The notes beneath the pieces are model-generated. The model was not told the origin of the DNA, searched no databases, and saw nothing but the letters and a program-made list of their open reading frames with translations. From Patescibacteria group bacterium (GTDB lineage Bacteria > Patescibacteriota > Microgenomatia > UBA8517), in NCBI GenBank assembly GCA_038206135.1, contig JBBRBD010000005.1:467-64466 (forward strand): a stretch of DNA of 64,000 nucleotides, given 5' to 3'. The translations under genes were made by a program, and so were the position numbers. Shown here in pieces: positions 1-9,805 of the stretch (position 1 is its first letter; each line of letters begins with the position of its first letter).

Positions 1-405
1 GCGGAGCGCACCAAAATGGCACTTGCAGATGCACGGCCTGCAAAAGAAGTGTTTCAAGTTGTGAGGGGTAGAGACTTAGAAACTGGGCTTCCTCGCTCTG
101 TAAAAATTTCAACCTTTGAAATATATGAAGCTCTTGCTCCTTCCTTTAATGCTATTTTTGAGGCCGCTGTACACCTTTTTGAAGAAGCTCCCCCGGAGTT
201 GGTTTCAGAGATAATGCAATCCGGCCTTATGCTTTGTGGCGGTGGGGCACTTATTCGAAATCTTGATGTTGTACTTTCAGAAAACTTAAATATTAAAGTT
301 TCAATTTCCGATGACCCGTTGACCAGTGTAGTTCGTGGTTGTGGAAAGCTCCTTTTTGATAAGGCACTTTTGAAAAAAGTTGCCTATAATCAAACTACAA
401 AATGA
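1..405 (+). CDS. mreB: Rod shape-determining protein MreB, C-terminal fragment; the 5' end lies upstream of the window.
   Basis: The translation ends ...LMLCGGGALIRNLDVVLSENLNIKVSISDDPLTSVVRGCGKLL, which matches the conserved MreB C-terminus. The TGA stop is at 403-405. Confidence 0.75.
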   Translation, partial: AERTKMALADARPAKEVFQVVRGRDLETGLPRSVKISTFEIYEALAPSFNAIFEAAVHLFEEAPPELVSEIMQSGLMLCGGGALIRNLDVVLSENLNIKVSISDDPLTSVVRGCGKLLFDKALLKKVAYNQTTK

Positions 406-2030
406 ATTCTCTCTCTGGTTCTCGTCATGCAATAAATTTATCGCTCTTATTCCGAGTGGGTCTTTTTGTTGGTGTGGTTTTCCTTCTAACTAGAATGCTT
501 GATTTACAAATTGTAAAAGGAGCCTATTATCGAAATCTTTCTGAGAACAATAGACTGCGATCTGTTGTGGTACAAGCTCCAAGAGGGAAAATATATGCCC
601 GAGGTGGTGAGGTATTAGCAGACAACACCCCAGTTAAAAAAACAGTTGTATTTGATCCCAAAGATGGATATGTCAAAAAACTTGCAGATCAAAATACGTC
701 TTCGAATGAAATTATAAATGAATGGGATCGGGCATATCCGCTCGGGACAATGGTTGCGCATGCGATCGGATACTTGGGACAAGTCGGAGTAAACGAAGTT
801 GGAAAGCCTGATCCACACTGTTTAGACAAAGGGATACGCCTTTCAACGAGCTTAACTGGGCGTAGTGGACTTGAGCAACAATACGATTGTGTACTCCGAG
901 GTATAGATGGAAAAGAACTTGTAGAAGTAGATATTCAAGGCAAAAAAATTCGAAGTCTAGGTTCTAAAGCTCCAACACCAGGACACGACATAAACACAAC
1001 AATAGATTTTGGGTTGCAGAAAAAAATCTCAGAGAGTTTTGGTGATCTGCCGGGCGCTGCAATTGCGACAGATATGCATGGACAGATTTTGGCACTTTAT
1101 TCGAACCCCTCATTTGATCCAACTGCATTTTTAATTTCAAACCCGACAAATGATGCTGCTGTTAGAGACTTATTTGTTGACCCAAAGCTTCCACTTTTTG
1201 ACCGTGCAATTAGTGGTGCATATCACCCGGGCTCAGTTTTTAAAATTGTTGTAGCAACGGGAGCGCTTGAAGATCATATTATTACTCCAGACTTTCAATA
1301 TAACGACACGGGAAGTATTAGTATAAATGGCTTTAATTATTCAACCTGGTATTTTACGCAGTATGGAAAAACTGAAGGGGAAATTACATTGGAGCGTGCA
1401 ATTGCACGGTCAACTGACACATTTTTTTATAAAGTGGGGGAAATGACGGGAATTGATCGATTGGTGTATTGGGCCAATCAGTTTGGAGTCGGTAAAAAGA
1501 CTAATATCGATTTGCCGGGTGAAGTTCCTGGGCTATTGCCATCCCCGGCTTGGAAGCAGAATGTACTTAATGAACGCTGGTTTTTGGGGAATACCTATCA
1601 CTTCTCAATTGGACAAGGAGACACTTTGATGACTCCTCTGCAAACAAATCTACTAACAGCAACCATGGCGAATGGTGGATATCTGTGCTCTCCAAGTCTA
1701 ACATTTCAAAATATACCTAAATGTAACAAACTATCTATTTCTACTTCAAACATATCTACAATTTATGAAGGAATGAAAATGGCATGTTCGACTGGTGGAA
1801 CTGGATATCCATTTTTTAATTTTGAGCCAAAAGTTGCTTGCAAAACAGGTACTGCTGAAACTGGAACTAATGAGACACATGCATGGTTTACCGTAATTGC
1901 TCCGGCTGACAATCCAGAGATAATTCTTACAGTACTTGTTGAAAAAGGAGGAGAAGGAAGTAAAGTTGCAGCTCCAATTGCCAAAGAAGCACTTGATTAC
2001 TGGTTTCATGTGAGAAAATCTGGGCAGTAA
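402..2030 (+). CDS. mrdA: Penicillin-binding protein 2 / peptidoglycan D,D-transpeptidase of the MrdA family.
   Basis: It has an N-terminal TM anchor, an SXXK active site (SVFKIV) and a KTG box (KTGTAE). At 542 aa it sits directly downstream of mreB. Confidence 0.8.
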   Translation: MNSLSGSRHAINLSLLFRVGLFVGVVFLLTRMLDLQIVKGAYYRNLSENNRLRSVVVQAPRGKIYARGGEVLADNTPVKKTVVFDPKDGYVKKLADQNTSSNEIINEWDRAYPLGTMVAHAIGYLGQVGVNEVGKPDPHCLDKGIRLSTSLTGRSGLEQQYDCVLRGIDGKELVEVDIQGKKIRSLGSKAPTPGHDINTTIDFGLQKKISESFGDLPGAAIATDMHGQILALYSNPSFDPTAFLISNPTNDAAVRDLFVDPKLPLFDRAISGAYHPGSVFKIVVATGALEDHIITPDFQYNDTGSISINGFNYSTWYFTQYGKTEGEITLERAIARSTDTFFYKVGEMTGIDRLVYWANQFGVGKKTNIDLPGEVPGLLPSPAWKQNVLNERWFLGNTYHFSIGQGDTLMTPLQTNLLTATMANGGYLCSPSLTFQNIPKCNKLSISTSNISTIYEGMKMACSTGGTGYPFFNFEPKVACKTGTAETGTNETHAWFTVIAPADNPEIILTVLVEKGGEGSKVAAPIAKEALDYWFHVRKSGQ

Positions 2031-2060
2031 AAAAGGGCGATTGTGAGTTCGCCCCTTTAA
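2031..2060. terminator. Bidirectional rho-independent terminator hairpin.
   Basis: AAAGGGCG-attgtgagtt-CGCCCCTTT lies between convergent genes. Confidence 0.55.
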
Positions 2061-2069
2061 GTGTGTCGG

Positions 2070-2282
2070 CTATCGCCGACGTGTGTAATACTCTGGCTGT
2101 CGATCTAGTATCAACATACCTGCAACCAGCGCTAGGCCAAAAACAACAAAGCGGATACCTGCTAAAACTAAGTAAAATTCGTCCGTGGTTCGGGTCATCA
2201 GTCTAACTATCTCCGGACTTGCCGCTTGGGCAATTACGAATGCTAGGCCGATCAGAACAAATAAAAAAATTCGCTTGAGCAT
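2070..2282 (-). CDS. Small hypothetical membrane protein, 70 aa with two predicted TM helices.
   Basis: The ORF has an AAGGGGAA RBS about 8 nt upstream of its ATG and a hydrophobic composition. Confidence 0.45.
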   Translation of the reverse strand: MLKRIFLFVLIGLAFVIAQAASPEIVRLMTRTTDEFYLVLAGIRFVVFGLALVAGMLILDRQPEYYTRRR

Positions 2283-2401
2283 TTTTATTCCCCTTATTTA
2301 ACTAAAACTAGGAGTATTGTACATCAACCTATAGCTTTTTTCAAGTGTGTTGTTTTTTTTGCCTCTACCGTAAAGTGTGCTAATATCCTAAGCTCACTAG
2401 T

Positions 2402-4441
2402 ATGAACTTAATCATTGTAGAGTCGCCGACTAAGGCCAAAACATTAAACCGCTTTTTGGGAAGTGGTTATGACGTTGTGGCCACAAAAGGTCACATTAAA
2501 GACCTCCCTAAAAGTAAACTTGGTGTAGATGTTGAAAAGAACTTTGAGCCAGTTTTTGAAAATGTTCCAAAGCAAGAAGCTAACATTAAAGCAATTGTAG
2601 CGGCAGCAAAAAAAGCTACTGAGATATTCCTCGCAACTGATCCTGACCGTGAAGGAGAGGCAATTTCTGCTCATGTGGCTGAAATATTAGCGGACTCAAA
2701 ACTCAAAATTACTAAAGACCATATTCGCAGAATTGTATTTCACGAAATTACAAAGTCAGCTGTTGACGAAGCAATTGCACACCCTCATGACGTTGATGCT
2801 CATTTAGTAGATGCCCAAATTGCACGTCGAGTACTCGATCGATTAGTTGGATATAAAGTGTCCCCACTCTTGTGGAAAAAAGTGCGTATTGGACTCAGTG
2901 CGGGGCGCGTGCAATCAGTGGCAGTCAGATTAATTGTTGAAAAAGAACGGGAAATAGAAGCATTTAAGCCCGTCGAGTATTGGGAAATTGGAGCCGAAGT
3001 GAAGTCAGAAGGAAAGCAAGACTTCGTAGTGTCACTTGCTCGTGTTTCAGGGAAAGTCTCTGAAGTGCATGAAGAAAAAACGGCTAAAGAAATAGTATCC
3101 CACTTGGAGAAGAGTGAATATAAAATCTCTGACATTAAAAAGCGCGAAGTTAATAAACGCGCATATGCTCCATTTACGACATCAACAATGACACAAGCTG
3201 GCTCTCGTCTTTTTGGCTGGTCTGCAAAACGCACCATGAGTTTGGCTCAGAAATTGTATGAGGAAGGTGTTATTACATATCACAGAACTGACTCTGTAAA
3301 CATCGCTGCACAAGCAATTGCGGCTTCTCGAGAATATATTGAAAAAACATATGGAAAAGAATATTTGCCACAAACTCCAAATTATTACAAAAAACAGAGT
3401 AAATTAGCACAAGAAGCACACGAGGCAATTCGACCGACAGATATGACTCGCGAGAATGCAACCGGTAACGCTAATTTAAGCGACCCTGCGGAACAGCGAC
3501 TCTATGACCTTATTTGGCGCAGGTTCATGGCGTCACAGATGAACCAGGCTGTTTTTGATGAAACCACAATTGAAGTAACTGCAACTAACGGCGGAGGAGA
3601 CTACTTACTGCGAACATCAGGACAGATCATGAAGTTTGATGGATGGAGAAAACTGTTTCCTCAAAAGCAAAACGAAGATGGAGTTGTGATGCTCCCGAAC
3701 GTAAATAAAGATGAGTCACTTTCTTTGAATAAAGTGTTGTCTGAACAAAAGTTCACCCTTCCACCTGCAAGATTTAACGAAGCTTCAATTATTAAAACAC
3801 TTGAAAAGCTCGGAATTGGACGACCTTCAACATACGCTCCAACAATTTCAACGATTCAGGCGAGAGCGTATGTCGAAAAGGACGAAGGAAAGTTTACGCC
3901 AACAAGTGTTGGAATTGCGGTAAACGACTTTTTGGTGAGCAACTTCCCCGATGTTTTCGAATATGGCTTTACAGCCGCGATGGAAGACAATCTAGATAAA
4001 GTTGCAGAAGGGAAGCTTGATTGGCACAAAGAAATTAAAACTTTTTGGACTCCTTTTGATAAACAACTTGTGGACGTTGAAAAGAATGCGCCAAGGATTA
4101 AAATTGCGACCCAAAGTGTGGGGCGTGCCTGTCCTGAATGTGAAGAGGCTAAAAAAGGTGGAGAAGAAACTCGAACTGGAGAACTGGTCATTCGACAAGG
4201 GAGATTTGGAAAGTTTATTAGTTGCAGTATGTTCCCAGACTGTAAATACACTGAAAAAATCGTGCATAAAATTGACATGAAATGTCCGAAATGTGTTGAA
4301 GGAGAAGTAGTTATGAAGAAAACGAAAAAAGGACGCCGATTTTATGGCTGCAGTCGATATCCTGAGTGTGACTATGCCAGTTGGAAAGATCCTTCAAAAG
4401 AAGATGCTCCAGTCGATGAGGAAAAAGAACTCAATTCTTAA
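2402..4441 (+). CDS. topA: DNA topoisomerase I.
   Basis: A Toprim N-terminus (LIIVESPTKAKT) and a topoisomerase IA core are followed by C-terminal Cys4 zinc ribbons (CPECEEAKKGGE..., CPKCVEGEV..., GCSRYPECDY). An upstream TTGCCT-16-TAATAT promoter is present. Confidence 0.9.
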   Translation: MNLIIVESPTKAKTLNRFLGSGYDVVATKGHIKDLPKSKLGVDVEKNFEPVFENVPKQEANIKAIVAAAKKATEIFLATDPDREGEAISAHVAEILADSKLKITKDHIRRIVFHEITKSAVDEAIAHPHDVDAHLVDAQIARRVLDRLVGYKVSPLLWKKVRIGLSAGRVQSVAVRLIVEKEREIEAFKPVEYWEIGAEVKSEGKQDFVVSLARVSGKVSEVHEEKTAKEIVSHLEKSEYKISDIKKREVNKRAYAPFTTSTMTQAGSRLFGWSAKRTMSLAQKLYEEGVITYHRTDSVNIAAQAIAASREYIEKTYGKEYLPQTPNYYKKQSKLAQEAHEAIRPTDMTRENATGNANLSDPAEQRLYDLIWRRFMASQMNQAVFDETTIEVTATNGGGDYLLRTSGQIMKFDGWRKLFPQKQNEDGVVMLPNVNKDESLSLNKVLSEQKFTLPPARFNEASIIKTLEKLGIGRPSTYAPTISTIQARAYVEKDEGKFTPTSVGIAVNDFLVSNFPDVFEYGFTAAMEDNLDKVAEGKLDWHKEIKTFWTPFDKQLVDVEKNAPRIKIATQSVGRACPECEEAKKGGEETRTGELVIRQGRFGKFISCSMFPDCKYTEKIVHKIDMKCPKCVEGEVVMKKTKKGRRFYGCSRYPECDYASWKDPSKEDAPVDEEKELNS

Positions 4442-4517
4442 CCTATAACATTGATTTAATTGTGGTTTTGATGTATACTTCGAACAGATCTAAATTTGTA
4501 AAAGGTAAAGGGGACTG

Positions 4518-4817
4518 TTGAAAATGGACCTTAAAAAAACGACCCAAAAAATTGCTCGTGTTGCAAAAAGCGGGGCAAAAGATACGATTGAGGTTGCGAA
4601 AGCAACTCGTCGCAAAGTGATTGCACAGGGTTTCATGATGTTTTTTTGGATTGGTACCATCGTTGTAGGCATTGCGCTCCTAACTTGGGGCAAGGGCTTT
4701 GAAAAAAATGCCATCGGGGTGGTGCTTCTCATTCTAGGCGTGGCAATATGGTATTTCAGCCGCCCAAATACCCGAAAGACTCCTTTTTGGACGAAGAACG
4801 GTTGGGACGAACGATAA
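4518..4817 (+). CDS. Hypothetical small membrane protein with two TM helices.
   Basis: The ORF may start at ATG 4524 after an AAAGGGGA RBS. A terminator follows. Confidence 0.45.
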   Translation: MKMDLKKTTQKIARVAKSGAKDTIEVAKATRRKVIAQGFMMFFWIGTIVVGIALLTWGKGFEKNAIGVVLLILGVAIWYFSRPNTRKTPFWTKNGWDER

Positions 4818-4837
4818 TTTTCGTTTGTTAGAAATCA

Positions 4838-4877
4838 AAGGGGCGAGTGTGTTTTACACACCCGCCCTATTTTTGTG
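4838..4877. terminator. Bidirectional terminator hairpin.
   Basis: GGGGCGAGTGTG-tttt-ACACACCCGCCC followed by TATTTTTG, between convergent genes. Confidence 0.55.
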
Positions 4878-4879
4878 CT

Positions 4880-5392
4880 TTAAATTCTTACATATCGCAC
4901 AATGGTGAATGGATAGTCATCTTTTTCAGATGCTTTGTAGTCTTTTGACTCTTCAGCTTTCCATTCATTCCAATTGACCTGTGGAAAATACACATCGCCT
5001 TCAATGTGCGCGTGCACATGGGTAATGTGCATAACCTGTGCGAGCGGCAAAAAGTCGTGATACACACGAGCGCCGCCTATGACCATAAGCTTTTGTTCAG
5101 TGCTGGAATGCTTCGTTAAGAAACGGAAAATCCCCATAGCGGACTCAATATTGTCGACCCATGCAGCACCCTCAATTGTTGGATGCTTTTGGGTAGTAAT
5201 TACAATATTCCCTCTATTTGACAGAGGTTTTTGCGGTAGTGATTCCCACGTGTTTCTACCCATGACGACCCACTGCATATTTGTTAACTTGTGGAAATTT
5301 GCTAAATCGGTTTTAATTCTCCACGGAATTTTTCCGTTTCTGCCAATGACCTGTGTGTTGTCTGCAATTGCTGCTACAATTTCGATAATCAT
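4880..5392 (-). CDS. folA: Dihydrofolate reductase.
   Basis: The DHFR signature IVAAIADNTQVIGRNGKIPWRIKTDLANFHKLT is present. The gene is 170 aa and overlaps thyA by 4 nt, which is the usual thyA-folA operon arrangement. Confidence 0.85.
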   Translation of the reverse strand: MIIEIVAAIADNTQVIGRNGKIPWRIKTDLANFHKLTNMQWVVMGRNTWESLPQKPLSNRGNIVITTQKHPTIEGAAWVDNIESAMGIFRFLTKHSSTEQKLMVIGGARVYHDFLPLAQVMHITHVHAHIEGDVYFPQVNWNEWKAEESKDYKASEKDDYPFTIVRYVRI

Positions 5393-6330
5393 ATTGCCAC
5401 TTCTCCTTTTAGTGCGGGATGCGGATTATAACCCAATAAGGTTATGTCTGATAATTCAAATTGATCGATATCTGCTTTCGGCAGAAGTGCAATAGTCGGC
5501 ATTGTTCGAATACCTCTTTTAATTTGAGTCCCGACTTGCTGCACATGATTCATATAAATATGTGCGTCAGTCATATTTATCTTGAGATAGGTGGGTGTTA
5601 GCCCTGTCACTAAACCTACTAAGTGGGTGAGCAGTGCATATGACGCAATGTTAAATGGAACACCAAGAAACAAATCCGCAGAACGCATACTCATTTCACA
5701 AGAAAGTTCTGAGTCCAAGGCATAGAACTGAAATGTGTAATGGCATGGTGGTAACCCGGAAGCGAGCATGCCCGGGATTTCGTCAACATGCCAGGAGTTC
5801 ACAATAATTCTACGTGAATGTGGATCCGTTTTAAGTAGAGCAATGGCTTGTGCGAGCTGGTCAAATGTTTGACCATTCTGTCCCTCCCATGAGCGCCATT
5901 GATGTCCGTATACTGGCCCGAGTTCTCCCCATTCTTCTGCGAATTTTTCGTCATTTTTAATTTTTTGGACGAATGCATCTAGTGGTGCTTTCCAGCCGGG
6001 AACATTCTCTTGCCGATTAGTCGAAAAAGCGGCCCAAATATTCTCGTGGAATGCCCATCGTTTAAACGGCCATTCATTCCAAATGTTAACGTTTTGCAGG
6101 ACGAGTGGCCTAATGTTTGTACTACCTGAAATAAGCCACAAAAGCTCCACTGCAACTGCATGAAAATTCACCCTCTTTGTACTGAGTAATGGGAATCCAT
6201 CTCGCAAGTCACACTTCAAACTTTCACCAAATAATGAATAGGTATTCACTCCAGTGCGGTTTGACTTCACTTGTCCGAAAGTTAGTACTCGATTGAGTAG
6301 ATCCAGATATTGTTTTTCTAAACTGTCCAT
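5389..6330 (-). CDS. thyA: Thymidylate synthase of the ThyA type.
   Basis: It carries the active-site region RRIIVNSWHVDEIPGMLASGLPPCHYTFQFY. The catalytic Cys is in PCH. Confidence 0.9.
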   Translation of the reverse strand: MDSLEKQYLDLLNRVLTFGQVKSNRTGVNTYSLFGESLKCDLRDGFPLLSTKRVNFHAVAVELLWLISGSTNIRPLVLQNVNIWNEWPFKRWAFHENIWAAFSTNRQENVPGWKAPLDAFVQKIKNDEKFAEEWGELGPVYGHQWRSWEGQNGQTFDQLAQAIALLKTDPHSRRIIVNSWHVDEIPGMLASGLPPCHYTFQFYALDSELSCEMSMRSADLFLGVPFNIASYALLTHLVGLVTGLTPTYLKINMTDAHIYMNHVQQVGTQIKRGIRTMPTIALLPKADIDQFELSDITLLGYNPHPALKGEVAI

Positions 6331-6369
6331 ACCAAATCTCCTAAACTAAAATGTGCGAATAGTCCTCAA

Positions 6370-6383
6370 TGATATATATATCA
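6370..6383. promoter_or_regulatory. Perfect 14-bp palindrome TGATATATATATCA in the divergent thyA/tmk promoter region.
   Basis: Read directly from the sequence. It is a candidate operator, or overlapping -10 elements. Confidence 0.35.
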
Positions 6384-6411
6384 TTTAATTTGTGCTATAC
6401 AAGTATCACTA

Positions 6412-7101
6412 ATGCAAAAAGGTTTTTTGATTTCATTTGAAGGGGACGATGGATCTGGAAAGACGACCGCACTTTCACAGGTTGCAAGAATTTTAAATGT
6501 GAAACACAAACTTGATGTGGTCACTTTTCGAGAGCCAGGAGGAACAGAAATAGGAGATGACGCACGGCGTATTGTTCATGATTTTAAAAATATTCCGACA
6601 ATTACAGAAGAATCTGAATTATTGCTGTATTTGGTCTCTCGTGCGCAAAATGTAGCAGAAAACATCCGACCTGCGTTAGAAGATAACAAAATAGTACTTC
6701 TAGATCGGTTTTTGGATAGTTCAATTGCTTATCAAGGGTATGGACGCGGTATTGGGGCAAGTTTAGTGAATAATCTAAATTCGTTTGCAACTAAGGGACT
6801 TGTTCCAGATTTAACAGTTTACTTTGATGTTGAGCCAGAAGTGGCTTCAGAAAGAAGACTATCTTCGAGGATTGCTGGTGGCGAGTGGAATCGCCTTGAT
6901 GCTGAAATGCTTCAGTTCCACCGGGATGTACAGTACGCATATCAAACGCTTCACGCATTTGATACTGAAAATAGATGGGAACGCCTTGATGCGAATAAAA
7001 CTCAGGAGGAAGTTTTGTTTTCTGCTTTGCATTTAGTTGAAAGCAGACTTCAGATGAATGGATTTATAGAAGGGAACACTCCTTCAGTTGAAAGACGTTG
7101 A
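6412..7101 (+). CDS. tmk: Thymidylate kinase.
   Basis: The P-loop ISFEGDDGSGKTT and the Tmk DRF/lid region (LLDRFLDSSIAYQG) are present. Confidence 0.85.
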   Translation: MQKGFLISFEGDDGSGKTTALSQVARILNVKHKLDVVTFREPGGTEIGDDARRIVHDFKNIPTITEESELLLYLVSRAQNVAENIRPALEDNKIVLLDRFLDSSIAYQGYGRGIGASLVNNLNSFATKGLVPDLTVYFDVEPEVASERRLSSRIAGGEWNRLDAEMLQFHRDVQYAYQTLHAFDTENRWERLDANKTQEEVLFSALHLVESRLQMNGFIEGNTPSVERR

Positions 7102-7156
7102 AAACATAAAACGTGATATTATTCTCCAGTTTCAAGATATTAAAGGAGTGACAGAC

Positions 7157-7819
7157 ATGGCATTGCTAGTTGATTGGGAAATACTCGAGAAAAAGAGTGA
7201 AGGCAAAATAATAATTTCGCCGTTTGATAAAAAGCAGCTAAATACGGTGAGTTATGATGTGACACTCGGTGAGAATTATTTTCGCGCGCGCTATGTGAAT
7301 GAATCAAGCGTAATGCCTCGGCATTTCATGCTGTTAAATCCGCACAGTGCGGAAAGCATTAGCGAGCGGTGGAGTAGCCCAAAGATTGCAGAACAAGCAT
7401 CAAGGGTTTTGAATCCATTAGAAATGAGTAGGCACGGCGTCAATGCAACTGACAAAATCATTTTTCTTGCTCCAAATGAGCTTATTTTGGCTCACACTCG
7501 CGAGTTTATCGGGGGGGTCAGTGACGTAACAACAAGTATGCATGCACGTTCCACCGTTGGGCGGTGCGGTTTTTCTGTTTGTATGTGTGCTGGGTTTGGC
7601 GATGTAGGGTACTACAATCGGTGGACCATGGAAATTCATAATAATGCCGAGTATTGGATTGTGTTGACCGTTGGAGATCGTATTGCTCAAATTCATTTTG
7701 AATCAGTGTCTAAGCCCACTGGTTTATATAGCAAAGGTGGACACTATCAAAATACCGCGGATTTAAGACAGTTGAAAAAAAACTGGAAGCCAGAACACAT
7801 GATCCCGAGACCTATTTAA
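7157..7819 (+). CDS. dcd: dCTP deaminase / dUTPase-superfamily protein. The ORF track extends it to 7088.
   Basis: The N-terminus MALLVDWEIL... and SYDVTLGENYF resemble dCTP deaminase (SYDLRLG). An AAAGGAG RBS precedes ATG 7157. Confidence 0.65.
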   Translation: MALLVDWEILEKKSEGKIIISPFDKKQLNTVSYDVTLGENYFRARYVNESSVMPRHFMLLNPHSAESISERWSSPKIAEQASRVLNPLEMSRHGVNATDKIIFLAPNELILAHTREFIGGVSDVTTSMHARSTVGRCGFSVCMCAGFGDVGYYNRWTMEIHNNAEYWIVLTVGDRIAQIHFESVSKPTGLYSKGGHYQNTADLRQLKKNWKPEHMIPRPI

Positions 7820-7830
7820 AGCAAAAAAAA

Positions 7831-7854
7831 CGCCCCTCAATTGTATGAGGGGCG
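7831..7854. terminator. Hairpin CGCCCCTCA-attgta-TGAGGGGCG flanked by an upstream A8 tract.
   Basis: A stable GC stem follows dcd. The U-tract is only weak on the plus strand. Confidence 0.4.
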
Positions 7855-8050
7855 AAAACTTAAAAAGGTGAGCAGCCAGCTTGAAAAAATTATCATGACG
7901 GTTTTTTGGTGAAAAACTTCCCAATCTCAAACATCATTTTGACTTCGTTAGTCCAGCTCCAACTCTACAACTTTCATGGCGTTAGCCTTTCGTGTGTGTG
8001 TGAAAATTTTAGCTGCTTATAGCTGACTGCTCGTAAGGCGTATTCTACCT

Positions 8051-9295
8051 GTGTATACTACTTTTATGCAAGACATCAAAAATTTAATTGAAAAAGAAAC
8101 CCAAAGGCAACGAGAAACTTTGATGTTAATTCCTTCAGAAAACTATACGTACCCAGAAGTAAGAGCTGCTGTGGGTTCGCCACTCATGCATAAATACTCT
8201 GAAGGATATGTAGGAAGAAGATATTATCAAGGAAATGAAATTATCGACCAAATAGAGACAGCCGCAGTTGAGGCGGCAAAAAGTTTATTTGGAACTCCAC
8301 ATGCTAATGTACAGCCGTTATCAGGTTCACCAGCAAATTCCGCAGTTTTCATGGGCCTTTTAAATGTGGGGGACACAATCATGGGCTTAAACTTAAGCTC
8401 TGGTGGTCACTTAACACATGGACACCCAAATATTACCTTCTCAGGAAAGTTTTTTAAGAGTGTTCAATTTGGGTTAGAAGAAGACGGATCTTTTAATTAC
8501 GAAAAAATAAAAGAACTTATTCAAAAAGAAAAACCAAAACTTTTAATACTTGGAACTACTGCATATCCTCGAATCTTAGATTTCGAAAAGTTCGCTAGTA
8601 TTTCTGGAAACACGATATTAGTTGCGGACATTTCACACATTGTAGGGCTTGTCGTGTCAGGGCTCCATCCAAACCCAGTTCCGTACTTTGATGTCGTCAC
8701 GACAACAACACACAAAATGCTACGAGGACCGCGGGGGGCCATGATTATGGTGACAAACCGTGGGTTAGAAAAAGATCCAGAAATGGGAAAGAAGATTGAT
8801 CGGGCAGTTTTTCCAGGGCTTCAGGGCGGACCTCATGATAATGTAACAGCAGGGATCGCAATTACACTTCAAAAAGCTGCAACTTCTGAATATGAGAAAT
8901 ATGCAGAAAATGTGCGAAACAATGCTCAAGTTTTGAGTGAAAATTTAATTAAATTTGGTTTTAATTTGATTACAAAAGGCACTGACAATCATTTGCTTTT
9001 AATTGATCTGAGCGACAAAAATATTTCAGGAAAGGACGCTGCAATTCTTCTCGAAAAAGTGGGAATTGTTGTGAACGCAAACTCAGTACCTTTTGACTCA
9101 AATGGCCCAATGAATCCTTCTGGTATTCGAATTGGAACACCAGCAGTAACTGCACGCGAAATGGGAAAAATTGAGATGAACCAAATTTCACAATTTATAC
9201 ATGATGTAATTGTAAATAAAGATGATGAAAAAATGCTTAACATAATTGGTGAAAAAGTGAAAGAATTGTGTATGAAATTTCCTGTAGATTTTTAA
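8051..9295 (+). CDS. glyA: Serine hydroxymethyltransferase.
   Basis: SENYTYPEVRAAVGSPLMHKYSEGYVGRRYYQGNEIIDQIE and the PLP region TTTTHKMLRGPRG are present. The start is GTG 8051 or ATG 8066. Confidence 0.9.
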   Translation: MYTTFMQDIKNLIEKETQRQRETLMLIPSENYTYPEVRAAVGSPLMHKYSEGYVGRRYYQGNEIIDQIETAAVEAAKSLFGTPHANVQPLSGSPANSAVFMGLLNVGDTIMGLNLSSGGHLTHGHPNITFSGKFFKSVQFGLEEDGSFNYEKIKELIQKEKPKLLILGTTAYPRILDFEKFASISGNTILVADISHIVGLVVSGLHPNPVPYFDVVTTTTHKMLRGPRGAMIMVTNRGLEKDPEMGKKIDRAVFPGLQGGPHDNVTAGIAITLQKAATSEYEKYAENVRNNAQVLSENLIKFGFNLITKGTDNHLLLIDLSDKNISGKDAAILLEKVGIVVNANSVPFDSNGPMNPSGIRIGTPAVTAREMGKIEMNQISQFIHDVIVNKDDEKMLNIIGEKVKELCMKFPVDF

Positions 9296-9330
9296 CAAAA
9301 AAAAGCGCGGAATTATCCGCGCTGTTTAAA
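9296..9330. terminator. Bidirectional terminator.
   Basis: A-tract, then AGCGCGGA-atta-TCCGCGCT, then GTTTAAAATT. Confidence 0.55.
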
Positions 9331-9331
9331 A

Positions 9332-9727
9332 TTATGCACTCGGTGCATATACATCAATTCGCTCGAGGCAATCAACTACAACTTTATACCAATTTTCTTG
9401 ACCTACTGCGAGAAGTGAGTCTTTTCCATACACAATCAACTGGTCGTTCATATGATCTGGCTGTCCTGGGTCAATTTTTAACTCATATCTTGCATCTCCA
9501 ATTTGAATTACTAACACATATTGGTACTCAATTTGAGTAAAACTCATTACAAATGGGTAGTCTCCAATTTTATAGATAATGCTTGAATTCATTAAGCTGA
9601 AACTACAATTTTGACTTTTGATTTCTTGAATCACTTTTACAATGTCAGGCCAGCATCGTCCGATTTTTAATACAATTTGTCGAATTTTTGCTCCATGCTC
9701 GTACTTCATCTTCGTAACAGCATCCAT
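9332..9727 (-). CDS. Hypothetical protein, 131 aa. It is a diverged paralog of the next gene.
   Basis: It shares the KYEHGAKI / NYEFGSEI motif and a similar length with 9806..10210. It is cytoplasmic. Confidence 0.45.
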   Translation of the reverse strand: MDAVTKMKYEHGAKIRQIVLKIGRCWPDIVKVIQEIKSQNCSFSLMNSSIIYKIGDYPFVMSFTQIEYQYVLVIQIGDARYELKIDPGQPDHMNDQLIVYGKDSLLAVGQENWYKVVVDCLERIDVYAPSA

Positions 9728-9773
9728 ACTGTCTCCTTTTTACTGAATGTACCTGCTTGCGAAATATTCTAAC

Positions 9774-9803
9774 ACAAAAAAAGCGCGGGCTATGCCGCGC
9801 TTC
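9774..9803 (-). terminator. Terminator for minus-strand gene 9806..10210.
   Basis: GCGCGG-gctatg-CCGCGC is followed by a T7 tract on the minus strand. Confidence 0.5.
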
Positions 9804-9805
9804 AG

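Noticed and set aside
615-4280. Antisense and internal ORFs within mrdA and topA (for example 615..818, 964..1149, 1746..2009, 2800..3237, 3856..4278).
   Set aside because: - They lie entirely inside well-supported conserved genes on the opposite strand or in another frame.
- Their composition is low-complexity and they have no RBS.
7820-8050. A 230-nt leader upstream of glyA. I considered a ZTP (pfl) or THF riboswitch, both of which are often linked to glyA and folD.
   Set aside because: - The conserved ZTP pseudoknot motifs (GGGTCGTGAC...CCGGGC) and the THF core are absent.
- Only a terminator-like hairpin and AT-rich sequence are present.
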